Below, one piece after another: positions 51,601 through 60,113 of a stretch of 64,000 nucleotides of DNA (position 1 is the first letter of the stretch; every line of letters starts with the position of its first letter). The notes beneath the pieces were generated by a model, which saw only the letters and a program-made list of their open reading frames with translations, ran no database searches and had not been told where the DNA came from. Origin of the DNA: Candidatus Latescibacterota bacterium (lineage in GTDB: Bacteria; Latescibacterota; UBA2968; GCA-2709665); NCBI GenBank assembly GCA_965248435.1, contig OZ252100.1:5280001-5344000 (forward strand), in the 5' to 3' direction. The position numbers and the translations under genes are program-made.

Positions 51601-51718
51601 GCCTCCACGCTCGCAGCTGGCGCCGCCATTGATGTTGGAAACGGAAGCCATGAGACGGGAAAGCGCAACAGGTCCGGCTGATCTAGCGGTGCTGGTGCGA
51701 ATGTCGATCCCCTTCTGA
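45647..51718 (+). CDS. Large Ig-repeat / Calx-beta-like autotransporter adhesin (native start uncertain)
   Basis: Signal-like RRRGGW...AAFAQ, Ig-like domains, LPPGLAIDESTGVISG (He_PIG-like), five FSEPV.GF repeats, C-terminal beta-barrel ending in Phe. Confidence 0.85.
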   Translation: MVDGISNASTADMNTESSKYSAPCRAGAGGKAIATRTISRPKIIGAISPPPYAQSSPPKPDVEGAQSPPAAHRDDSLAPNPSAGLVTEDHPPKRRRGGWGRAGVLAVVAWLAWPTAAFAQGIGVYSIASNDVVDASEKWAGFTITGGTGTESSVTVTVNVNGTQVGTATSDASGNWVVNVDGDASFVTTTVSGQYAEATRGTPGNLDFLSHQRSFTANLKLPLVVNAVTGDDTINIAEKASGFTISGDTGTESGVTVDVSIDTGTLSTTSGAAGAWSVVVPSNANYITETSVDLTVTATKTGSVSATVTRTLPVDLTAPTVSYNTTPSSLKVGVAISAMAPTTSDTDIASYGVHDDDSLPPGLAIDESTGVISGAPTTANNSTREVRVLATDDARNETTETITFPKVDMGDQTLVGFAYGAARIRYGDTAPRVTEPTGARTPVTYSAVPATVCTVNSLGALTIRAGGTCTITASANGDANYNAAADVTLGLEVARVTVDPPPESLPPEGLPVPEGGSAGYTVVLDTQPTHDVTINVNRRGSGGDTDLTASPVGLTFTDSNWNTPQTVTLSAAEDDDGARGIVNFGHNAVSADSIYGGIGAPAVKAVEDDNDPIGVTIWPQVLRMPDGGSRKYTVVLNTQPTDDVTITVTRDHGGDDDLTADPNTLIFTEATWYTPQTVTVSAAKDDDQVNGVAIFSHSVESNDENYQSDDEITIAPVRVTEDETRPRVAIQTEASSPVGGAFEVTIRFSESVEGFELEDIEVSNGTASNFNRVSSRTYTVTITPEETGEVRVEVGSNVARDGVGNRNRAAEPLVIEADLERPEVTIEGPTEPVGMAVFEVTITFSEPVTGFELEDIRVTNGTASNFTKVSPQEYTATITPSASGAVKMEVAEDVARDGGGNGNRAAEPLVIEADLERPEVTIAGPTEPVGMAGFEVTITFSEPVEGFELEDIRVTNGTASNFTKVSPQEYTATITPEGIGAVRVEVPKDVAEDGGGNGNRAAEPLVIETDLERPEVTIAGPTEPVGMAGFEVTITFSEPVEGFELEDIRVTNGTASNFTKVSPQEYTATITPEGIGAVRVEVPKDVAEDGAGNGNQAAEPLVIETDLERPEVTIAGPTEPVGMAGFEVRIAFSEPVEGFELEDIRVTNGTASNFTKVSPQEYTATITPEGIGAVRVEVPKDVAEDGAGNGNQAAEAFELETKLAVSYQEESYTAREGGETVTVTVKLSQGWDEELAIPIRVTRPETTEVADYTLDGLQEWDAQEGAGTLTFPAEETEQTFRIAANHDGDGDDETLKLGFGELPEIVLTGEPGVATVMLEDKGLVELKVSFGQAEYQIREGQQADIEVKVAPTADRRVEVPLVVSLKGGASEADYSGVPVSLVIEEGESEGTISVEVLADEVNDPGEGIVLSFGELPEAVSEGEIPQTTVNFRQRRTAEQFSQTLEVALAVMARSMGESVQTAIEGRFERHRQWSRLGAAGGAVSTAQPGSDNSATGLGEGESQRIDSESLEDAGRRRAEGPVVPSAGGGAGGRAVMGSSGELGDRESDVQGAWLQNVSLGGLAGLFGYGQGDAGVSTGSSMGPSGTGPTVGLGGQPGHGQNRFQGAGTRNSSLRSGSGEYSGRRNRELNLAGVSLELPLAGQQKGTSRSWVPALWGQGDLQHFNGNLARYEMSYRGGLEAAHVALDLYANDKVLTGLSFMRSWGNMDYSDDGIDGVLRSRMSTFHPYLYWQPTERVSVWGIGGLGRGRVDVNEPGRSHDFEADFRMFAGGLRTVLTRRGSNELGLRADAFSAQLRTEASEDIAKVRGEAHLARLMLEWVHTKQLSVGRSLSLKAEAGGRFDGGDAERGSGAETGFRLGYLDANSGLDVAMYGRVLMVHTSDYRDWGLGVQASWDPGEKQRGFRVSVTSTRGQDGGGRTTLWNNANMVTRPAGMGAMGLSSQYRMESEVAYGGLKAPGVPGLLTPYSRLRWAGQGRELAWGTAWSLPPRSQLAPPLMLETEAMRRESATGPADLAVLVRMSIPF
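48071..49231 (+). repeat. Intragenic tandem repeat, 288-bp (96-aa) unit, four near-identical copies plus a diverged copy upstream
   Basis: GCGGCGGAG anchor at 48071, 48359, 48647, 48935, 49223. Confidence 0.95.
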
Positions 51719-51959
51719 GGAGCTGACCCCGAGCAGTGCGTGAACCCCGTGCCAGTCCCTATGAGCGGCGTGCATCAGCACCAGGGTGAACGACGACCCA
51801 GATATCCTGGTCCCGACGTTGGAGAGGGGTCTTTCTTGACCAGCGGGGCGGAAATGTGCTTGACAACGCTTCCGCCTCTCGCGAGTCGCCAGATTTTCGT
51901 AACTCCCTGTCGCAGAAGCGTTTATTCTCCAGGGCCGAACGGTGAGTGGTTATGAAGAG

Positions 51960-52345
51960 GGTTGCGCAAGGGGAGCCAGATTGTAGCTCTCACTGAAACT
52001 CTCGCCATTGTGGTTAACAACCGGGGCTTCAGTTGGAGTCTCATATACAGCCAGATCAACCTCAGTAGGTTTCCAGACGACTTTGCAGACGTGCATCTGC
52101 ATCAACTGCTTTTTCTCGTCTGGAGTGGCGGCTGAGATGAGTTCAGAGAATGTCGCCAGTGTGTCCTGAATTGTGGATGCATTGGCGACTTTCTTTTTTG
52201 CCTCCTCAATATCAAGATCAATGGTAAGAATTTCCTGATCCAGCTGGTCTTTTCGTTCTTCAAGGGCCAGTATTTTTGGGTGATGGATTGATTTCTACCT
52301 TGTTGGTGGCAATACTCTCAACGAGTGCATCTATTTTCTTGACTA
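51960..52345 (-). pseudogene. C-terminal remnant of a large serine recombinase
   Basis: Manual translation with indels: KIDALVESIA...ILALEERKDQLDQEI...ATPDEKKQLMQMHVCKVVW...WLP; cut by IS copy C. Confidence 0.5.
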
Positions 52346-53820
52346 CCCTACGTGCCTATAATTAGCGAGACACCTCCCCCACAGAAATTAATGAGTAATT
52401 GAGGGCGGAGGAGAGATCAAAGATGAACGGTAACAGCAAAGTCAAGGAGCGTCCGTCGTTGGAGCACCCCGTGCTGAGTGAAGGGAGCTCCAACGAAGCA
52501 CGGCCCGATGCAGAGGTTCCGGAGAAAGCTAAGCGACGTCATTTCAGCGCCGCGTATAAGCTGCGGATCGTCGAAGAGGCCGACGCCTGCCGACAGCCAG
52601 GCGAGGTTGGGGCATTGCTGCGACGGGAAGGTCTTTATTCCTCGCTTCTGACAGAATGGCGACGCGCTCGTCGTGAGGGGGCTCTGGGGACACTCTCGAA
52701 GGAGCGTGGCCCGAAAGGGCGCCGACGTGACCCCGTAGCCCGGGAGAACGAGCAACTGCGCAAAGAGAACGCCCGGCTACGGCGACGTCTGGAACAGGCA
52801 GAGAAGATCCTGGAGATCCAAAAAAAAGCCTCGGAGATCCTGGGAATCCCCCTGAACCGGCCCGAGAACGGAGACGACGAATGAGGGCAACTGCCGAACA
52901 ATTGGCGCCGGTGGTGGGGGTGGCAGCGGCCTGCCGTGCACTGGATGTAGCACGGGCGTCTCTCTACCGCCACCGAAAGTCCCCTTGTGTCTCTCCGCCC
53001 CGGCCGCGACAACCCTCCTCACGCAGCTTGACGACTCCGGAGCGGGCCCAGGTGCTGAAAACGCTTCACGAGGAACGGTTCGTAGACCGCGCTCCAGCGG
53101 CCGTGTATGCGACCCTGCTGGAGGAAGGGCGCTACCTGTGCTCGATTCGAACCATGTACCGCGTGCTGGCAGCGGTCGCAGAAGTGAAGGAACGCCGCAG
53201 GCAGCGCCGTCACACGCATCGAGAACCGCCGCAATGGGTGGCAACCGCCCCCAACCAGGTCTGGACCTGGGACATCACCCGACTGCCCGGTCCGCGGAAG
53301 TGGACAACCTTCGCCCTCTACGTTGTCCTGGATCTGTTCTCGCGCTACGTCGTCGCGTGGATGGTGGCTTTGCGGGAGACAGCAGCCCTGGCCAAACGGC
53401 TGGTGCAGGGCGCTTGTCAGAAGCAGGACATCCAGCCTGGACAGCTCACGCTGCACCAGGACCGCGGTGGCCCAATGACGGCCAAGACGTTCTCCCAACT
53501 CCTGGTGGATCTCGACATTCTGGCCAGCTACAGCCGACCCCGAATATCCGACGACAACCCGTACTCAGAAAGCCACTTCAAGACCCTGAAATACGCACCG
53601 GCTTATCCCGGGGGTTTTTCCAAACCGGAAGAGGCGCGGTCATACTTCCGAGTCTTCTTCCCCTGGTACAACACCCAGCACCGACACAGCGGACTCGGCC
53701 TGTTCACGCCCGAAGCTGTGCACTACAACCGCGCCGGGGATCTTTAAGCGGCCAGGCAACAGGTTCTGGACGATGCCTACCTGCGACATCCTGAACGCTT
53801 CGTCAACCATCCGCCCCAGT
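52346..53820 (+). mobile_element. IS3-like element copy C (orfA 52399-52884, orfB 52881-53747 with premature stop; right end missing)
   Basis: WTWDIT, HQDRG, DNPYSESHFKTLKY; homology continues past the TAA (RHPERFV). Confidence 0.9.
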
Positions 53821-53948
53821 TATAATCAACAAACGGTTGTTGAAAACCGTCATGCCGTTCGCACTGCCTAATGCTCCCCCAGTCGGCAAGGCGCGCAACC
53901 TCGTTCCTTCCGTATCTGAACCATCGGGGTCTGCCAATCCCAGTTTCT

Positions 53949-54764
53949 TCAGCCCAAGATAGGACCACCCGCAATCGAATCATCACACCTTCCACAGGTA
54001 ACATTCTCACAGTGGGTTATATAGGGATCTTCCTGGATGGCCTGCGTTGCAGCTTCCAATGCGTCTGAGGCGGGGTAGGCCAGCCACCTGCTATTTCCAA
54101 CACTTCCTTCCCTCACAAATGGAGACATCACCGATTCAAACTTGAGAAAACCACCAGAACACCCCCCTGCCTCCACTGCTAGGGGCTGGCCATCTGGGCC
54201 GTTGGCCCACCTCCTGAAAAGAACCCGACCAGCTTTCTTCTCCGCCAGATGAATCAGAGTCATTTTAGTCGGATCGACTCCAGCCAGAAGCACATATCCT
54301 TCGACAGAAGCCAGAGCGTCCAGAGGAGCGTAGACGTCATCCGCCTTTTGCCCCTTAAGCAGTTGATCCGCCAACGGGCCCATCGCTGAAAAAGAACAGA
54401 CCGGATGGTTTCCTCTTCGACTTTCATTCCGTTTTACCACGGCTGCGGAGATCGCTCCCATGTCCTCGTCAATTTCCGTGCTCGTCTCTGGATTGAAGAT
54501 ACATTTCACGTTGTTCCGGGTCCGAGCAAGGTACTCGTAGTCGGCAGCATTGCGTCGGAATTGGAGATGCACAGGCGGGGAAACAGAGTATGCCCAACTG
54601 AAAGAAGGCACTAACAGGGTGCACCCTCCAAAGAGAAACGCGTCAACTACCGCCGATGCACCCCCCTCAACTCTTCCGAAGGAACTCAGAGATCAGTGCA
54701 GACAAACGGACTGGCCCTCAAGCTGCAGCTCGCGGATTCCGCCTCGGATCTCATCAAGTGTCAC
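53949..54764 (-). pseudogene. AAC(3)/YokD-family N-acetyltransferase with in-frame TGA
   Basis: VCLH*SLSSFGRVEGG (stop at 54693-54695 in the HSS motif), MGAI, HPVCSF, TLIHLAE, GGCS..F. Confidence 0.8.
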
Positions 54765-54832
54765 CGACTGTGCTCCAATGGATCTGGTTCTGGTCCGCTC
54801 CAAACTGTTTATAGACCATACACCTGTGTTGC

Positions 54833-54920
54833 GGATAACGTTCTCGGCACCTACGAACCTGCCGCAGGCAGGTATTCAGTGAGGGGCGAATGCCCCGATC
54901 CGCGCACGGGCGTGTTATAG
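54833..54920 (-). other. attC site (family B)
   Basis: CTATAAC...AGAAC-GTTATCC, 88 bp, two inner hairpins. Confidence 0.8.
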
Positions 54921-54993
54921 GAAGTGCCAGCAGTTTGAGTTTAAGAGCTTGTCGTGGACTCTACGGAACACCTCAAGACGAAATATCCATTTC

Positions 54994-55913
54994 TTACTTC
55001 TCAAACATAGCTCTGTATTCTGGAATCATCCAGTCCCGATTGGTGAAATCGGGGAGACTGTTTCGGCGGAACAAATCCAGCAGGTAAAGGCATTGATCCT
55101 TTCGAATGCTTTTAGCGAGATTTGGGCCATACGATGCCCCGCCGAAGTGAAGCACACCCCGGCTGGAGGTCAGATAGACCATCTCGTGGGTAGTCATCAC
55201 AGCTGTCATCAGACCCATGGTGTCATAGTAGCCCGCGCCCTCCAAGGTGTCTTCATACATCCAGGCGCAGCTAAAACCTATACGATCAGCTACACGACGA
55301 AAAACCTCCGAGTTCTTGACCAAAGTGCAACACGGCAAACACCGTGGATGGTTCGTGCCCACCATTGTAGCCAAAGGCTCTCCAGTGTCCTCTGGAGTTG
55401 GAGCAAACAGGTTTCTTAGATTAGGTGATGAAGGTACAACTTATTCTTCTGAGCACGCTCTTTGGACCGGTATTGCGAAAGGTCCTGAGTAAGAACATTC
55501 CTATCGCCATGAAATAGACTCAAGCTGTCTGGATCTTCATTGGCTTGAATCGCCCACGTTTCCTCTCGGTCTTCGATCTCCAGAATCATTTGGTCGATCG
55601 TATCCGACATCACAAAGCAAATATCGGAGTCGAGAAGGAGGTAGTAATCACAATCGGGGTCATCCATCACGAACTGTCGAAGAACCTCACCGTGCGAGTT
55701 GGCCTGTCTCCCCTCGGCCTCCCAGCCGCTTTGTCTGAACTCAATTCCGACGCTTTCGGCGTAATCCTTTAGATCCTCCGTTCGCTCTGTGGACGAATTG
55801 TCCATGATGACGAACTTCAGATCACTACGCGCACTGTGCATGGCGAAGTAGGATCTGGCCGCCAGCTCGGTGAAACCGGAACTGTTGTGATTGATGATAA
55901 CCGCGTTGATCAT
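54994..55913 (-). pseudogene. Frameshifted GT2-like glycosyltransferase cassette gene
   Basis: DNSST, LLLDSD in the 5' ORF; the 3' ORF frame (..YDT..HFGGASY) is open up to 55440 and overlaps the first ORF's end. Confidence 0.6.
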
Positions 55914-55965
55914 CGAACTAGAGGTCCTGATTGTCTACTCTGTTATCAGGAAAGGCTGGCATTTC

Positions 55966-56051
55966 CTATAACGTTTCCGGCACCCACGAACCTGCCGAGC
56001 GGGGTTGGGCGAAGGTGCGGGTGCACCGAGCGGCGCACGGTCGTGTTAGCG
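55966..56051 (-). other. attC site (family B)
   Basis: CGCTAAC...GAAAC-GTTATAG, 86 bp, homologous to 54833-54920. Confidence 0.8.
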
Positions 56052-56246
56052 GAAGTCGCTCTAAGGGTAGTATCGTTCGGATTAGGTCGGGGGCACAGAA
56101 ACAGCTCGACATACCACCATCCTGTTAGCAATATACGGAATCTGTACACCTTAGACCTTAGGTTCGCCACCCTCCTTGTAGAGGGCCTTCCCGCAAAGTC
56201 CCGCAGGGAATTCAATGCTAAGCCCGTTATTGGAGAGGTTTTCAGG

Positions 56247-58163
56247 ATGGACCTCATTTCAACAGTTGAGAAGGCCCAGGCAGGGGATCTGGAGGCCTTT
56301 GATTCTCTCGTACGACGCTTTCAGGATATGGCGGTTGGGTACGCGTACTCCTTGTTGGGCGACTTTCATCTTGCAGAAGATGCTGCGCAGGAAGCCTTCT
56401 TGGGAGCCTACACGAACCTGCCTCAGCTGCGTACTCCAGCTGCTTTCGTCACATGGTTCCGTCAGATCCTCTTTCGCCAGTGCCGGCGGCACAATCGCAG
56501 ACGAAGCCTCGATACCGTCTCGATTGGCTCGACGCCTGAGCTTGCTGCGGAAGCCCCGCATCCTGACCAAATTGCCGAGCAGTTGGACTTGCGCGACAGG
56601 ATTCTTGATCTGATCAGCGGCCTGCCAGAGCAGGAGGCGCAGTCGATTACCCTCTTCTACATCAGCGATTACTCACAAGCGGAGGTAGCGGCATTTCTCG
56701 GTGTATCCATAGACACCGTTAAGAACCGTCTCCGCTCAGCGCGTGGCAAACTGAAGGAAAGGATGTTAACAATGGCCAAACAGACCTTACGCGAAGAAGC
56801 TCCCTCCAAGGACGACTCGTTTGCCACTGTCGTAAGCCTTTGTAATGCTGCCCAAGCAGGTGACAGCGACCGCGTGAAGCAACTACTGGAGACACATCCC
56901 CAACTGGCAAAGCGAACGATCAGCCAATACGGGCAGATGGCGATTCAGTTTGCGGCACGGGAAGGCCATGCCGACGTCGTCCAGCTTCTGCTCAAGGCTG
57001 GAGCAGATCCGACATCAGGTATCTATCCGAACCGGTCGGCAACAAGTGCGCTGTCATTCGCACACGATCGGGGTCACGGCGCTGTGGTCAAAGTGATCGA
57101 AGATTTCCAAGCGGCTCACCCGCCCAAAACCGGTGAATCGCGTGCTGAAGATGGTCTTCTGACGGCTATTAAGGAAGAAGCCGTGGAAGCCGTGCGAACG
57201 ATGCTGGAAGCGAACCCGACACTCGCGCGCCACCCGTCGCGTCCTCTGACAAAAGCCGCAGCCATCGGCAATCTCGACATCGTGCGCTTGCTGCTCGACC
57301 ACGGCGCCGACCCAGACGATCCCTCCGACCTCGACCTAGGTGACGAAGGGACACTCAGAAATGCTGGCGAACCGCTGTGGAAGGCGGCTCAAGGGAACCA
57401 CTACGATGTGTGCAGGCTGCTGCTCGAGTGCGGCGCTGATCCGAGCGCTTATGTCTTCGCATCGGGGCCGGCGGCCGAAAGGGCAATAGAGAGTGGATAC
57501 GATGACATCCTTAGCCTCATCTACCGGTTCGGTGGAGCCGGGTTCGCGGATTGTGCGGCCCTGTCTGGTCAGATCGCTGTTCCTGCGGAGGTTTTGCATC
57601 TCCAGCCCGAGAAGGCCCCGCGTATGCTCTGGGGTGCTGCTCTTGGCGGCAACGTAGACCTTGCCGCTGTATGCTTCAAGTACGATCTGGAATCGGCAGA
57701 CTGGTTCGACCTGCTGTATCAGCCTCTCAGGGGTCGGAGAGGCCAGGCACGCTTGCGATATGCTGATGAGTCACGAGACGAACTGGCGGATAAGGTTGAG
57801 ATCTTAAGGATGATGCTGGAGCACGGTGCGTACCCAAACGTGCACGGCGAGGGAAATCAGAGCCTGCTGCATCGACTGCTTGGTGAGACGGGCCTTTGGA
57901 AAGATGAAGAGAAGAAGCCATTCGCAGAGCTGCTCCTCGACTTCGGCGCGGACATCGACGCCAGAGATGACGAACTGATGTCTACGCCGTTGGGGTATGC
58001 AGCACGCTTTGGTCACGCTGCAATGGTCCGTCTCCTGCTGGAACACGGTGCCCGAACCAACCTCCCGGGCGGCGAGCCCTGGGCGACGCCTTTAGCTTGG
58101 GCGGAAAAGATGGGGCACGAGGAGATCGCTGAAGTACTGAGGAATCACGGCGCAGAAGAATAG
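56247..58163 (+). CDS. ECF sigma factor fused to ankyrin repeats
   Basis: ATG 56247 with GGAGAGG; AEDAAQEAF and TVKNRLRSAR sigma regions; AAREGH, AAAIGN, TPLGYAARFGH ankyrin repeats. Confidence 0.9.
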   Translation: MDLISTVEKAQAGDLEAFDSLVRRFQDMAVGYAYSLLGDFHLAEDAAQEAFLGAYTNLPQLRTPAAFVTWFRQILFRQCRRHNRRRSLDTVSIGSTPELAAEAPHPDQIAEQLDLRDRILDLISGLPEQEAQSITLFYISDYSQAEVAAFLGVSIDTVKNRLRSARGKLKERMLTMAKQTLREEAPSKDDSFATVVSLCNAAQAGDSDRVKQLLETHPQLAKRTISQYGQMAIQFAAREGHADVVQLLLKAGADPTSGIYPNRSATSALSFAHDRGHGAVVKVIEDFQAAHPPKTGESRAEDGLLTAIKEEAVEAVRTMLEANPTLARHPSRPLTKAAAIGNLDIVRLLLDHGADPDDPSDLDLGDEGTLRNAGEPLWKAAQGNHYDVCRLLLECGADPSAYVFASGPAAERAIESGYDDILSLIYRFGGAGFADCAALSGQIAVPAEVLHLQPEKAPRMLWGAALGGNVDLAAVCFKYDLESADWFDLLYQPLRGRRGQARLRYADESRDELADKVEILRMMLEHGAYPNVHGEGNQSLLHRLLGETGLWKDEEKKPFAELLLDFGADIDARDDELMSTPLGYAARFGHAAMVRLLLEHGARTNLPGGEPWATPLAWAEKMGHEEIAEVLRNHGAEE

Positions 58164-58194
58164 CATATACCGGTCAGGCAACTGGAGCGATATC

Positions 58195-58240
58195 CGCTAA
58201 CGTTCTTTGTGTGCGCGAACCTGCGCAAGCAGGCAGAGTC
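58195..58240 (-). other. Partial attC (right half)
   Basis: CCTGC..GCAGGTTCG...AGAAC-GTTAGCG; R'' half missing. Confidence 0.65.
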
Positions 58241-58245
58241 GAGTC

Positions 58246-58905
58246 TCAAATGCCTTTCGATCGTCCAAAGTAGATCGCGACTCTAAACTCGACGATGCGT
58301 TTTGCTTCAGCCCCATTTCGACGTCCGTTGAAGTTCCAGAAAAACTCTAGGAGCCTCTCGGCCTCCTCCACTGAGTCAAATCGGAACTCTGTCTCAACTA
58401 CTTCGCAGTTAAACCCTCGATTACTCCACCACACAGGATCGCTGGCGATCTTCCTCTCGAAGAGACCCGAAAACTCGTCGTCACCCGCGTTATCCACCAC
58501 CACAATTTGCCCGCCAGGCTCCACAACTCGGTTCGCCTCTGCTAGTCCGTCTTCCCCGTATCCAGCACCTGGGAAGAAGTATGCCCACGTGGCGTAGGCT
58601 CCAGCAAATCCACAAGATCGAAAGGGTAATTCTTGCGCGACAGCTGTAACCCAGAGAAACTCCTTCTGGGCATCTATCATCTTTGGTGCTGGTTCACAGG
58701 GGATAACTAGCCGATCTTCTGTCGTAAGCTGAGCTGCAGTGTGACCATCCCCGGCTCCAATGTCGAGCACTTTTCCATCTGGAAGAAGTGATTGAAGATG
58801 CGCAATCACAACACCATCGCGATCCATACATCGGCGCTCGATTTCAAATAGTTCCGGATATTGTGACCCGTAGAATGGAACTTGCTTGGGTATAGGCTCA
58901 GGCAT
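58246..58905 (-). CDS. Class I SAM-dependent methyltransferase
   Basis: VLDIGAGDG, LPF, RVVEPGG. Confidence 0.88.
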   Translation of the reverse strand: MPEPIPKQVPFYGSQYPELFEIERRCMDRDGVVIAHLQSLLPDGKVLDIGAGDGHTAAQLTTEDRLVIPCEPAPKMIDAQKEFLWVTAVAQELPFRSCGFAGAYATWAYFFPGAGYGEDGLAEANRVVEPGGQIVVVDNAGDDEFSGLFERKIASDPVWWSNRGFNCEVVETEFRFDSVEEAERLLEFFWNFNGRRNGAEAKRIVEFRVAIYFGRSKGI

Positions 58906-58958
58906 GGTAGATTGGCCGGCATTAGGGTAAAGATTATTCTCACACCCGCCTTTCGAGT

Positions 58959-59209
58959 GCTCAACGTTCCACTCCCCTATGCTTCTAGTTGGCCTCCTGA
59001 TTCTAGTGAACGAGGAACAAATCTCAAATTCGCTCAGATTTCGTCACTCTTAGACCCCTGCCCCTGACCAGAATCAAAAAGACCCTGAGCCAGAGGTGGA
59101 AAACGGTTCAAATTTCGTCGTTCTCGACGCGATCTATATCTGAACAGGGTCAGGGTAGAGAACTCACGGGAGAGAACGAGGAACTGTCGCTGAGCGATTG
59201 CTGTTAGAA
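58959..59209 (-). other. Degenerate attC possibly split by an insertion
   Basis: TTCTAAC overlapping the HAD stop codon and GGAAC-GTTGAGC at 58959; 11-bp direct repeat GAACGAGGAAC at 59008 and 59174. Confidence 0.35.
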
Positions 59210-59983
59210 ATATTGCTCGATGAATCTTCCAATGGCGTCGCTATTACAGTCTGCAATCACATGATCCGCAATTTCCTTAACTTCGGTTGTGGCATTCCCC
59301 ATCGCGACCTTGACGCCTGCGAGGTTCAGCATTCCCAGGTCAGGGATGTCATCGCCGAACGCAACCAAGTCTTCTGGAGCGATGCCTATCGAATCCAGAA
59401 GTCTCTGTAGCGTTACGGACTTGTCTATCGACGCATCGACGACGTTCAGAAAGGTTCCATTCATCGCTGGTATTGCTCTTCCACCCAAGCTTCGAATCCA
59501 ACCCATGTGATGGAGCAAAGAAGCGCCTAGACCATCAATTGCCACCTTTGAAACAGAGTCAAATTTAACACGATGCAGAGGCACAACCATGTCGGGAGTT
59601 GCACTGTGCCTTTGTGCAAGCTCTTCATCTGTCAGCCAAGCATTGGTCGCGAATTCATGCCCGTAAAACTCAATTGACAGATGAGTCTCACGGGCTAGTA
59701 TCGGATGCTCGACAATCTCTTTCGCCAATTTCCCTAGCTTTACCTCGGCACTTGGCTTCTCCAGACCGAACTGCCAAACCGCTCCATTAAGAGTAACGTT
59801 ATAACATCTTTCAAGAAGCTCCATTTCGACAAATCGTTTCACCGCTCTCATAGGACGCGAAGTTGCCAAGAATACATAGTTGCCGTTACCTAGCCATCGG
59901 CAAAGTACCTGCTTGGTATGCGCACCAATCTTCTTATCAGAGTTTAGCAGCGTATCGTCAAGGTCGAACGCGAGAACAGTCAT
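59204..59983 (-). CDS. Cof-type HAD-IIB hydrolase
   Basis: FDLDDTLL, ATSRP, DK, AFGDDIPD, AMGNA; ATG 59983. Confidence 0.9.
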   Translation of the reverse strand: MTVLAFDLDDTLLNSDKKIGAHTKQVLCRWLGNGNYVFLATSRPMRAVKRFVEMELLERCYNVTLNGAVWQFGLEKPSAEVKLGKLAKEIVEHPILARETHLSIEFYGHEFATNAWLTDEELAQRHSATPDMVVPLHRVKFDSVSKVAIDGLGASLLHHMGWIRSLGGRAIPAMNGTFLNVVDASIDKSVTLQRLLDSIGIAPEDLVAFGDDIPDLGMLNLAGVKVAMGNATTEVKEIADHVIADCNSDAIGRFIEQYF

Positions 59984-60025
59984 GTCGTGCTCATAATCGA
60001 GATTCGTCAGAAAGAACAGCCATAC

Positions 60026-60113
60026 GCATAACGTCCTGGCCATTCCGCAAACCCGCGAAGGCAGGTTGAGCGGAGGCGCGAATGCGCCAGAGCCGTGGGT
60101 GCGCGTGTTATAC
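60026..60113 (-). other. attC site (family B)
   Basis: GTATAAC (contains the stop of the upstream gene)...AGGAC-GTTATGC, 88 bp, same two hairpins. Confidence 0.8.

Noticed and set aside
54693-54695. In-frame TGA as selenocysteine
   Set aside because: Aligns with Ser of the HSS motif (TCA to TGA), not Cys; no convincing SECIS seen
55836-56246. 137-aa N-terminal extension of the sigma-ankyrin ORF
   Set aside because: Runs through an attC and the opposite-strand gene; ATG 56247 has an RBS and begins the sigma homology
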